Below, one piece after another: positions 27,516 through 39,500 of a stretch of 64,000 nt of DNA. Positions within the stretch are counted from its first letter, which is position 1. Each line of letters starts with the position of its first letter. The position numbers and the translations under genes are program-made. Source of the stretch: an uncultured Methanosarcinales archaeon. GTDB lineage: Archaea; Nanobdellota; Nanobdellia; Woesearchaeales; CAZYIM01. The DNA is taken from the NCBI GenBank assembly GCA_964647565.1, contig CAZYIM010000007.1:1-64000 (forward strand), given 5' to 3'. The notes beneath the pieces were generated by a model. That model ran no database searches. It saw only the letters and a list, made by a program, of their open reading frames with translations, and had not been told where the DNA came from.

Positions 27516-30500
27516 TTACCACACCCCCCCAGTAGAATTCATGTACAGGGAAACATCTGCCCAGAAATTGGTCGGATCTGCAGGCACCCTCAACTGACAT
27601 TGGTCAGCTGCCTGGTCTGCTAATGGATCAAGCAATATCACTCCATTATCCAATGGCAAGTCATTCTCCCAGTCAGAGACATCTACAGTATCATAGATAA
27701 TGTCATTCGTTGTTGTAGTATCTGCAGGGCTATGACCAAAATAATCGATCCTCGTCCTAGCTGGCCAGGTAGTGTTAGCTTCAAAGTATATATCTAATGT
27801 CTCAAAGCCACCAGGTAATGAAATATTGCCGTTGTCATTCGCTGGATCCCACGCAACATCAACTCCAAGATTCATATTGGCAGGATCAAGGAAGAATAGA
27901 TTACTGCCTCCTGTTGGAAGACTGGTCACAAAGACAGCCTTATTATTGACTGAATCCCAATAAAAGACATCAATGGAAAAGTTCGAGGAATAGAGATAGA
28001 CCTTATCAGTAATGGTTCCATTGATACTGATGCCAGTGTTGGTTGTATTCGAACTTATCCTTAAAGATGATTCTCCAGCATGCAAGGGTGATCCATCTAA
28101 TCCATTTGCATAAAGGGACTCTACAACAGTATCAACAGTGTAGAGTGTATAGCTGTTCACAACAGGCACTGAGATGTTGAGCCTAACCCGATCCGTGTCT
28201 GCCCAATTCCAAGGAGTCCATATAGCATGGCCATCCTTGGTCCTGGTGCTTTGGTTCCATGCAGAAATATCACGCGTTCCATACAAGACATCATCTGTTA
28301 TTGACGTCCTTGAAGTGCTGTGGCCAAAATAATTGAATTCCCCAGGATTAGAAGGATCTTCTTCAAAGTAAAGGAAAATATCCTGGTCAGAGTCCACTAT
28401 GATAAACGTACCGTTGTCATTGGTGGTATCCCAATGTATGTCTATAGGTATAGAAGTGACGCCTGTATCAATAAAGAAGACAGCATCTGCGTTAGTAGTC
28501 AATGACCTATGGAATACTGCTTTGGAAGTCCCTACATCCCTATAATAGATATCAAGGCTTGAACCATCCGAATATAAATAAGCTTCGTCTGTGGTCTTAC
28601 CACCGACAATCAGGCCTACATTTCCATTACTCACAGATTCGAATCTCAAAACTTTAGCTGATGAAACATCTGGCGAAGGATTGCCTGGCAAAGCATATAG
28701 GTCCTGAGTACTCATTTCAAAATCATAGGTTATGATGTCAGTGCTCGACAAGCCATCAAACTTTATGCAAAGGTAGTTTCCAGGTGTGCAAGCCTCTTCA
28801 CCAACATATAACGGATGCTGTATGGCAGGATTTTCAGTTTCATCAGGATCGTCGACATCCAAGAACCATCTCGTTCCTAAGGTCATATATTGTGTATCAA
28901 GACCAGACAACACCCAAGTCCAAATTGGATTAGTTACATCTTCTCCCATGAATGCATCATTGTGGCTATATGTTTTTGTACTTCCATTATCCAGCTCAAC
29001 AGTTACTGAATCATCTGATGGTGCGCCCACGATTTTCAGGGTCTTGCCTAAGAATGGAAGCAAGATGAATTCAGTTGGAGATGTGTTGGATATATAGTTG
29101 CCGTTCTGCAGACCATCATCAAAGTGTGGATTATAGTAAAGGTCTGCAACAGTAATAGGTATAAACACTCTCTCCTGCCAAGCATCAGAAGGTAGAAATG
29201 TCAGACCAGTCTCAACAGCTATTCCTGGGTTCAGAACCAAGTCTTCTGAAAAGTTGTAGTCATTGTTGACACCATTGATATTAATATTCATAACTGTTTC
29301 TATCATCTCAGAAATGTCTTGATTGTTGACTATGCTTCCAAACATACCCGGATCTCTCAGTTGAGTGCCTAGCGGTACGTCCAGGTTCCAGGCCGCTGAA
29401 GTTACTGCAGGTTGTCCGCAGACAGCATTTAAGGACAGGTTCCTGATATGTGACCAGACATTCGAGTCCAATGTATTCCAGATCTCAATCATCATGGTCT
29501 GGCCAGGATAGTTGTTAAATTGGGTCATGTTGAATGTGTAGACTCCATATGCGGCGCCGGTTGCATTCAGTATAGTTGCTGTCTCATTGAACAATGTACC
29601 CATGGTCGTGTTATGTACATGGACTAATATCGTATTATCCACACCTGCACGTCCTTCAAATGTCAAGTTGTAGTATGTACAGTCTGAACGCAATTTAACA
29701 CCTTGCTCGATGACACCCAATAACTCTTCATCGTTGCTGCCCATCAGATGCAAGACATTTGGCTGATCCACTACAGGATCACAGCTGCCTGTTGTATCAG
29801 TGGTATAGCAGTACAGGTTGATCAGTGATGCATTGTTCATCCACTGGTGGAGACCAATGCCACTCCTGGTTGCATTGAATTCAGTCTCATCACTAATAGT
29901 GAAATTCCTGAACTGAGGATTCAATAAGAATCCAGACGTGCTGACAGGAGGTCCTTGAGGAGCTTCGTTCAAACAAACAGAGTCACATCCATCTCCATTG
30001 TCTGTGTTGCTGTCATCACACTCTTCATTCAGGTTCAATACAGCCGTACAGTCATTGTTACAGTAGCTACCGCTATGGATTGTACCGTCACCACATGTTT
30101 CTGTAACAGTATTACTGTCATCACAAACCTCAGATCCAGTTGGACTACCGTCTCCACAAACATCTGGAACTGAAGGAGCACTTCCATTGGAAAACTTGAC
30201 CAACCAGAAGTCTTCATTGCCTGCTCCAAGGGAGTCTGTGTTTCCCACTATCACAACACTATTATCTTCCGCTACGATAACATCATAACCATTCTCAGTA
30301 GGTACATAGCCCCAGAGCAATCCCCATTCAACTTCACCAGTAGAATTGGTTTGGACAATCAATAAATCCTCGCTACCTGCCCCAAGAACAGAATCAGAAA
30401 ATCCGACCAGGACAAATCCGCCGGAAGATGTCTGTCCTATTCCATAAGAACCAAATTCATTACCAGCAGTACCTATACTCACATTCCAAAGGTGTGTTCC

Positions 30501-33500
30501 GTTCTCATCTGTCTTGATAAGCCAGAAATCAGAACCACCATAGGCTGCATAGGAGGTAGTGTAACCAGATATGATAAATCCATTATCTGAGGTCTCTTGC
30601 ACATCATAACCCCAATCATTATTTGATCCTCCAAAGGTATAGTTCCACTCATGACCTCCAGTGCTGTTGGCCTTGATCAACCAGATATCGTCATTTCCTG
30701 CACCATATGAATTAGTGGATCCTACCATAATAAATCCTCCATCAGAAGTCTGGTCCAGAGCCCTGGCAATATCATTATTGGTTCCACCATAAGTCTGGTT
30801 CCATAAAGGAGTACCATTCTCATCTGTCTTCAGCAACCAGAAATCATTGACATTGGTTGAATCAACCCTCAGGTAACCAGCAACAATCAGTCCACCATCA
30901 GGAGTCTCCTGGATATCGTAACCTGCATCTGGGAATAATTTACCATAACTTTGGTTCCATAGCACAATTCCCGAACCATTTGTCTTGACTATCCAAAGTT
31001 CATCAGGGGGATCTACGCCATATGACTCTGTGTAGCCAACAATCGCGTAGCCGCCATCAGAGGTATTGGTAACTCCAAAAGCATCCCTATCATTAGCTGC
31101 TCCGCCAATACTGCTATTCCACAATATGTTCCCTGCTGCATCTGTTTTTACAAGCCAGAAATTATAATCAGTTCCAGGGAAGGATGTAGATTCACCAGCT
31201 AAGATATACCCTCCATCAGGAGTTTGCTTAAGGGCTTGTCCCCTATCAATCCAAGGTCCGCCATAGGTCTCATTCATTTCAATTGTAGGAGGTGCTGCGC
31301 ATGCCATCCAATTCTGCCCTACATAACTGCCTCCGCAGCTGTTGCTGTCTGTCCAGCCGCCGACACAGGTCTGATTACCATTCAAGCACATACTCCACTG
31401 ATCGCATGTCCAATTGGCATTGCCGCAGGTCAGGATGTCAAACATAGTCGTATCCTCAGCCCACAAACCTGTATAGTCTGTTGCATTTTCAGGGTCATCC
31501 ACCCAGGCCATATTAGTCACGTTATTGGCACTGCAGTTAGCAGTTATATTAACCAAAACAATGAAACTCTGACCAGATGTAAGATTGACACCGAAATTCG
31601 TGGTCAGATCTGTCCATTGCAGCAACTCATTTGCCAAGTCAACTGTATCTGGCGCTGGTGATGCCCAACTATAGTTCAGGCAGCTCGTATTAAATGTGTC
31701 CTCCAAAGGCACGCCTACAAATGTTGTGTTACCTGTGTTCGTGATGTTAATCTCGAACTTAATGGTCTCATTAACCCAAGGCATTCCATTTGGCATAACT
31801 TTGGTCTTGATAACACTGATGTTCTGACCTGATCCTCCGCTTGGCGCATCTTCTGTACATACAGAAGGCTCACCAGTGCAGGTCCATCCAGATTCCTCAT
31901 GGCATACTGAGTCACAGCCGTCTCCTGATTCAGGAGGACTATCTCCGTCATCACACTCTTCTCCGCCAGTAATAGCACTGTCACCACAGACATCCTCATG
32001 TCCTGGTCCTGGTCCACCCATCACAGGCACCCATCCACCAGTATCATTGGTGTATTGCCATCCGCTGTTGGGCACAAGATCAACAGTAGAGCTTAGGTTT
32101 GCCGCATAATAATTTACTGGATTACATCCATTTTGGTCACACCAGTCCATGGTCCAGCTAGAGTAGTATGCTGTCCAGTTGGTCATATAGACTCCAAGCA
32201 GGATCTGCTCAGGGTCATTGAAGGCCATCAATGACTTATCAACCTTGAAATCAATAGTCCCAAAGTCACAGACAACAGAGTAGTTGGCCTGACTTGGACT
32301 TGCATTGACAACCTGCCACACACCTGCAGAACATCCATAAAGGGTTCCGTTCACATAGCTTGCGCTCTGCCTGAACCTGACTTCGTACTTATAGTCAGCT
32401 CCAGTAGCATCACACGTACCACCAGGTACTGTGTCATAGAAGACCACATATCTCTGGCCATTGATTTGGCCCCTGTCAGTACTCGGGTATGAACCTCCAC
32501 AGTATGGTATGCCGCCATGCCATTCAAAGCCACCTGTCTCCATCTGGACATATATATAACTAGAGTCATTGGCCACATAAGCAGTGGTTATATCTCCACC
32601 TGGGCTTCCTCCGAATGGCTTAGCTTCATCAGCGCCTTCGTTACCATCCCAGCCCCAGTTGACACCTGCTGACCAGTTGCCAAAGGCATCACTAGACTTG
32701 TTCCAATTATAAAGCCAGGCAATATTAGATGAATCATAGTATTCACAGTTACACCAGCACTCTGCTATTGTATCCTCACCAAATGGTGTTGCTGTACAAT
32801 TCGCAGACGTCTGGCAATCACAGTTGCCTCCCATATCACTATGACACTGATGGTCCATCTGATCGCACCACTCACCTTGTGCACAATCAGAATCAGAACT
32901 GCATCCAATATGGTCATCCGGAAGATATACACATCTACCAGCTTCACAGAAAGCAGTATGGTCTGGAGGTGTATCCAGACAATTTGCAGCCTGCGTACAT
33001 TCTAGAGCAGTTGCATTCTCAGACCTGCACTCATAGTGCTCACAGAAGTCATAGGTGTTTGCATTGGAATCATCACAATCACTATCTTCTGCACAATTGC
33101 CTGTGACATTCTCACAATTGCCCTGCCAGTTACAGATTCCATAGAGGCCCATGCTAGCATTGTTTGAACACTCAAAGTCAGAAGTACATGAGACCGCACT
33201 CACATTGTTGTGCACACATTCCATAAGCACACAGACATCCCATGTTGAGTTGTCGTCGTCATTACAATCTGTATTTCTCATACATTCTCCTGCACTGCTG
33301 TTGACCTCATACTCAAGAGCCAGCATGTTCTCAAAGTTTGCATTGAACATGAATCCAGATCCTTTGTCCTGGATCGGCACCATGGTTAAGTATTCGCCTG
33401 GCCTATTCCTTGCCAACACCATGAAATGAGTCAATCCTCCAATATTAGGATTGAGATAGGTCTCTCCACCATAGAAGTCCTCTTTACCAGACTCTGGACC

Positions 33501-36500
33501 TCCACCCATCATCTCCTGCATAGATACAACTCCGTTTGACTGTCTCATATGCTGCGCAAATGGCGCTATAGCATATGCAGCAGCATTTGCAGGGCTTGTA
33601 TTGATATTTATCGATACAAACTCATTAGCCTGCACAATCGGATTATCCACTGTTGTCAAGAACGCAGAGCTTCCATTCTCATAGATAAGAATCATTCCAT
33701 CCAGGAATTCAATCATCTTACACTCTGTACCATTGTGTTCTTCATCAAACCAACAGTTGTTAGGATCAAGGATGTCTGTTATCAACATCACAGGTCCTGG
33801 GCTTGCATTAAGAGGTATGGTCAGATTAAACTCTACTGTTCCATTGTCAAATGCTACAACATCAGGAAGCTCATCCAGCATCACATCTGTAAGGAAGCAC
33901 ATGCCGCCTGAGCCGCCGCCACCACCAGATGGAGGGGCTGTGTTGTCAGGAGTTCCTTCTGGTCCGCCGCATTCATTACATCTAGTGTCACAATCTACAG
34001 CGCATGGTGATCCTCCAGGACAACCACTGCAATCAGTTTCACAAAAACCTCCTGGTTCGCAGTCTGGACTTCCTTGTTCAGGACCATCCATCATATGGTC
34101 TTCCCAGCTGCATCCGGGTGTTGAGTTGCAGGCATCCTGTGACCATTTGGACATACACGCCATCTCTTCTTCCATGTTGGCAAACTTAGATTCCTCTAGA
34201 GATGCAGAAACCGCATACTCATTGCCAACAGGGCTTCCATTGGTATAAAATGCTGTTATAGTTACTGGAATCTCATCACCAGGGAAAAATCCTAACTGTC
34301 CTGTATTTAGAGTCAGGTTGAATTTTCGGACAATGAAATTCTTATGGGTCCAGAACCAACCTTTCTCATGGGCATCGACATTCACCATAACCTCGTATTC
34401 TCCTTTTTTCAGAGCATTCTCTCCTGAGAAGTCAAAGGTGGCAACACCATTGTAGTTGGTATGCTTTTCTTCACGGATTCCTCCTCCGCCACCGCCAAAG
34501 CCGCCTCCGGTCTTGACAGCGTGACATTCATCCATTCCATAGTCATACCAGCACCAGCCTTCCTGATTCATGCATTCTGGCTCATTACCATCATAGTTGG
34601 CACATTGGCTATCCAGGAAAAGACAGTTAGGTTCCTCCCACCAACAACCCTCTTCAGGCATACATTGTACTGTTGTGTTTTTCTCAGAACAGTTGACCTC
34701 TTCTTCCTCTTGGGCTGCTCCGCCTTCAAACCAGTGTCTGCGAAGTTCCAATTCAACTCTGGCATTATCAATAGGTGATCCTGTCAGCGCATCACTTGCA
34801 ATGACAGTGATGGTTGCATCATCTCCCTGATAGAGCACTTTTTTCTGGCCGTCGATATCAACATCAACATTCAGTCCCTTGATCCTGAACCATCTCTGGA
34901 TCTTCTGGGTATCGACACCATCGCTTACCTCAAGCACCAGCTCATATTCAGATGGATGGCCTGGAGCCTGGAATTCTCCGATATATTCTCCATTGGCATC
35001 AGTGTAACCTGTTAAGTTAAAGGTCCTCTCAACCATATGACCTGCCCAGATATTCCTAAGCTCGATCCATTCAACACTTGCGTTGAATAAAGGTGATCCA
35101 TTGTAATATGTCACTTTTAACCAGAAACTTACATTCTGGTTGGCCATGATATTTTCAGGCATCAACATTGCAGGCTGGAAAGATGCAATATTAAACCAGG
35201 TATCCCTAAAGATATTCAAGTCTTCACACCAGACCTTCGCCATATACTCTTTTGCTTCGAGATCAGATGGTACCACCCATTTCAACATTGTCATTGGAGG
35301 TCCCCATGGATCTGTCGGGTACTCTAGCCATTGGGTCAGGTCGCCAGATGTCTTGACAACATCCCAGGTCTCTGAATCCCTTATTTCAGCAATCTCTATG
35401 TTGCCGCAGATAGCAGTCTCATTCTCATTGAACCAGCTCTGCCTGTTCCAGATCTCTACATTTACAGTGGCGTTTTGGCCTGTCCAAAGATTCCAGTTCT
35501 CTGTCCATGCATCGAACTGATAGTCTGCTTCTGCTCCTCCGAGCACCTCGAACCAAAGCCATTTCTCCTTTTCAGGATACCAGCCACCCCAATCACCTTG
35601 TTTTCTGAGTTCTACGATTGCTTCATATTCCCCAGAATCCATTGGTGCTGAGAAATTCAGGGTGAATGCACCGCTAACAGCCTCTAAGGCATCATAGTCC
35701 AAGCACTGGCCTATCCAGTGGGTCCGCCAGTCTCTCAGGCTTTGGACCCTGTCTAAACAAAGCTCTGATTTGTTATCATAGCCAGTAACATTGATAGATA
35801 CAAAGACCAAATCTCCTGGGCCTTTGCTATCCACATCATAGTTAGAGGTATCGTTGAGTGTTGGATCTGCTGTTAGCTCAACAGCCCAACTCGTTGCAGT
35901 TATCCTAAACCAGCGCCTCATCATGGTTGTTGATGCACCGTTTTGTATCTGGACTTCCATATCATAGTCCTTACCTGCAGTAAGATTAGCAATTCCAAAC
36001 CTTAACTCAGCAAGTCCATTTGCGTCTGTTGATGTATCTGTTGTGATACCTGTAATGTCACTCATTACACTCGTACCAGGCCCATTATGACCTATCTGCC
36101 AGACATCAATGAGTGTTACATTTGCTCCTGCTATTGCAGAACCGTTCTGATAGTTTACATCAACACTGACCACTACATTTGCAGTGGTAGGGAGTTCCCA
36201 ATCACCATAGGTTGCGTCTTCTCCAGTGACCTCTCCCCACACATTCATCCAGACATCGAATGGGCTTACCATTACGCCCCACCATCTTGTGACTGCACCG
36301 TTACCGATGTCTATCTCAAGATCATAGAATCCGTTGGCATCAGCTGGAAGGTCATAGTTGATGGTTGCTTTTCCATCTGCATCTGTGTCTCCGGCACTGC
36401 CATTGGCTATATCATTCCAGTTATCGGATTCGCTTCTGACTGTATAGTTCACTGACATGCCGCTGACAGGAGTGCCGTCATCTTCTTTGACATACACTTC

Positions 36501-39500
36501 AAGTGATAGAGTATCTCCTGCTGCATAAGGCCAAGGAGTTATTTCATAAATATCCACCCAAAGACTTGATGAGCTGACAGTTACTGTCCTTATCTCATTT
36601 TGGTCTGTCCAGTTGAGGATCGCTCTGAAGCTTCCCTTAAGATGAGGTGGTATTGTAAATGCAAGCTGGGCCTCACCATTGGCATCAGTAGTATCAGTGG
36701 TAGTTGTCAGATAGCTTACATCTATGGTCTGATTACCCCATTCAACATACTCAAGCTCCATGGTCTGACCGCTGATACCGCTACCATCAGGATTCCTGGC
36801 ATTGACAAACAAGTTGACAGTGTCTCCTGGCTTATAGTCTGGCCTGTCTGGCCATGCCCAGAAGTCTCCTGCAGATATCCTGAACCAGACATGCCTTATG
36901 ACCTGGTTGCTGCCTATATTGAATGCAACTTCTGCTTCATACTCGCCTAATGCAACTTGCGGGTTAAAACTAAAGCTTACAACACCGTCGCCTCCAATGA
37001 CTAGGTCGTTGGCAGTGATACCCACGCTGTCATTTAGAACATTCCAGTTCATCGGGTTGAAATATTGTAGTATTGTGACATTGATCTCTCCGCCATTCAG
37101 TGGATTGCCATCAACATCATATACAGTAAATTCAAGAGTCAGGTTTTCGCCATTGCCAATAAAGGTGTGCATGTTCTCCCAGTTGAAGAACACATCAAAT
37201 CCTGACTTGATATCAAATGGATAGTGAGCTTCCACATGCATAGGGCTATCAAGATCAGGGATGGCTGCGATTGCAACATACGGACCGCCGTCTGCAAAGA
37301 CCATGGTTTCCTGGTGGAATCCTGTTCCATCAGTAGTAAAGTCAGCCGTGAGTCCATCTAGTCTTACCCAACCGTCTGCATCAAAGATGTAAAGTTTTCC
37401 ATCTGTATCTGCAGGTCCTGAAATATTGAAATCAACATTATCTCCTGTTGAATACCTTGGCGGCTGAAAGTCCGGTGAGTCCATTGAAGAACCATCGCTG
37501 GTTATCAGGTCCAGATCATACTGCTTGACATAGAAGTGTATCATAGCCGTGTAGTTGACACCCAAATACTCTATTGCTACCTCAGCCTCGTAACCACCAG
37601 GATCAAGGGCAAAGCCTGTAAGGTTGACCAGTTTCCAACCTGCATTTGGAGAGTCTCCAACTGCCACAGTGAATTCAGAGGCCAGGTCAGTAGGACCATT
37701 CCATATATGCTGCAGATATACATCGCCATCTGCAACAGCTATAGCTCCGCCAACATTATTTTCCAGTTTAACCTCTAATGATATTGTATCTCCAGATGCA
37801 TAGCCACCCATTGGGTTAAATGGCCTGCCCCATGGGAAGACATTGTTATAGACATTGAAGGTGTATACCCTTTGGTCGCTTGTATTGGTGCATGTTGCAC
37901 CAGTATAGATACACAACTCAACATCAAATGTGCCTGATTGGGTCAGACCAGAAAGATCATATGTATAATTCTGTTCCTGTCCTTCACTGAAACTCTGCTC
38001 TGTACCTGCAATATTGACTGCTTGCCCAGTATCGATGTTAGTCAGGCCGGTAACATTTATCTTTATATCACCGCCAGTATTCACTCCAAAGACTAATGTC
38101 TGTCCCAGATCAATACCATATGTCCTCAGCCAAACATCATAGTCAAAAGTAGCACCAACTATCTCAAAGGTAACCGGTATTGACTTGATGTTATTATCAG
38201 TATCCTTTGCCTGAGTCACAAGCATATACTTGCCTTTCTTGGAGGGTGCTGTGAATCTCAATATGTTTGTTGTATCGAAGTCAGATGTCTTCTTAGCTCC
38301 AAGCTCGCTTACCCAAGGAGGTGGAGATGCAACCTTGCATTGAGGAGACAGGCAGGTGTATTGAACAAGCTTAAGCTCATTCATGTCAACTGCTCCGCCG
38401 CCAGGATTGCTCAACAAGAAATTGACGCTAATGTTGCTTTCAGGAACAAATTGTGTTGTCTGCGCTCCATTGCTGTCCTGAAGCTGGACTTCTACTTCTG
38501 TCTGATAAACTCCCAATTCACAAGGCCACATGCCTGCTGAATAGGAATCACTTGAAAGCTCCTCACCGTTCACAGATGGAATAGGTCTGTATCTGCCAAT
38601 TGAACTTGGTGCAGTAACAGTAATAGTAGCCACACCATCAGCATTGGTGGTTCCAGAGCTGGTTGTAGTCGCAACCTTGTCAGTCCATGACTCAAGATCT
38701 GTGAATTTAGTGATGCTCACATTTTGGTCAGCCACACCTGTTCCGTCTGTATTAGTAATAGTTATCTTGTACTGGACAGATGATGAAGGCGAGACTGTCG
38801 ATTGGTCTGAATCTACAAAAGAACATGACAGGCTTGAGAACTTTTGGATCTGCAAGTAGTCAATATATTCCTCTGCTTCTCCTGTGTTAGGATTAAAGGC
38901 ATCAATCACATAGACATAGACATCCTCTATTGCAGGGGTTGAGTTGACATTAAGCTCAAAGCTGCCCCATGCATTGGTTGTTGTAGGGCTGGCTCCTATC
39001 TGTTCTACAAGATCAAAGTTCTGTGTGTCATAGAATCCTTCAAAGGATATGTTGATATTAGGTATCAGGTTGAAATCCGGATCAAACACAAAGCCGTATA
39101 TAGTTGTCGGTACGCTTGGTTGTGCATAATAGAATGGCATGGTGTATGCGTAGACAAAGAATGATTTTACCATGAACCATGCTTCCCGGATCTCCTCAAC
39201 CGAACCTGTATCGACTTTCACGAACACAAGGTAGTCTCCTTTCTTAAGACTCTGGCCTGATTTAGGTTTTACAGTCACAACTGTCTGGCCGCCAGCAGTG
39301 GTGTTGGTGGTCGCAGTATATTTGTCTGTAGAGATGACCTTAGGAGATTTTCCAGATATGAACAACAGCTTATCAACAGTAACATTAGAACCATTTGGAA
39401 CTGGCGTGCCATTAAAGAAGTTGGCAGTCACTGATAATTGCACTGTATCAGTAGGTTTGAAGACAAATGCAGAGCTTCCTGATCGCTGCGTATCTACAAA

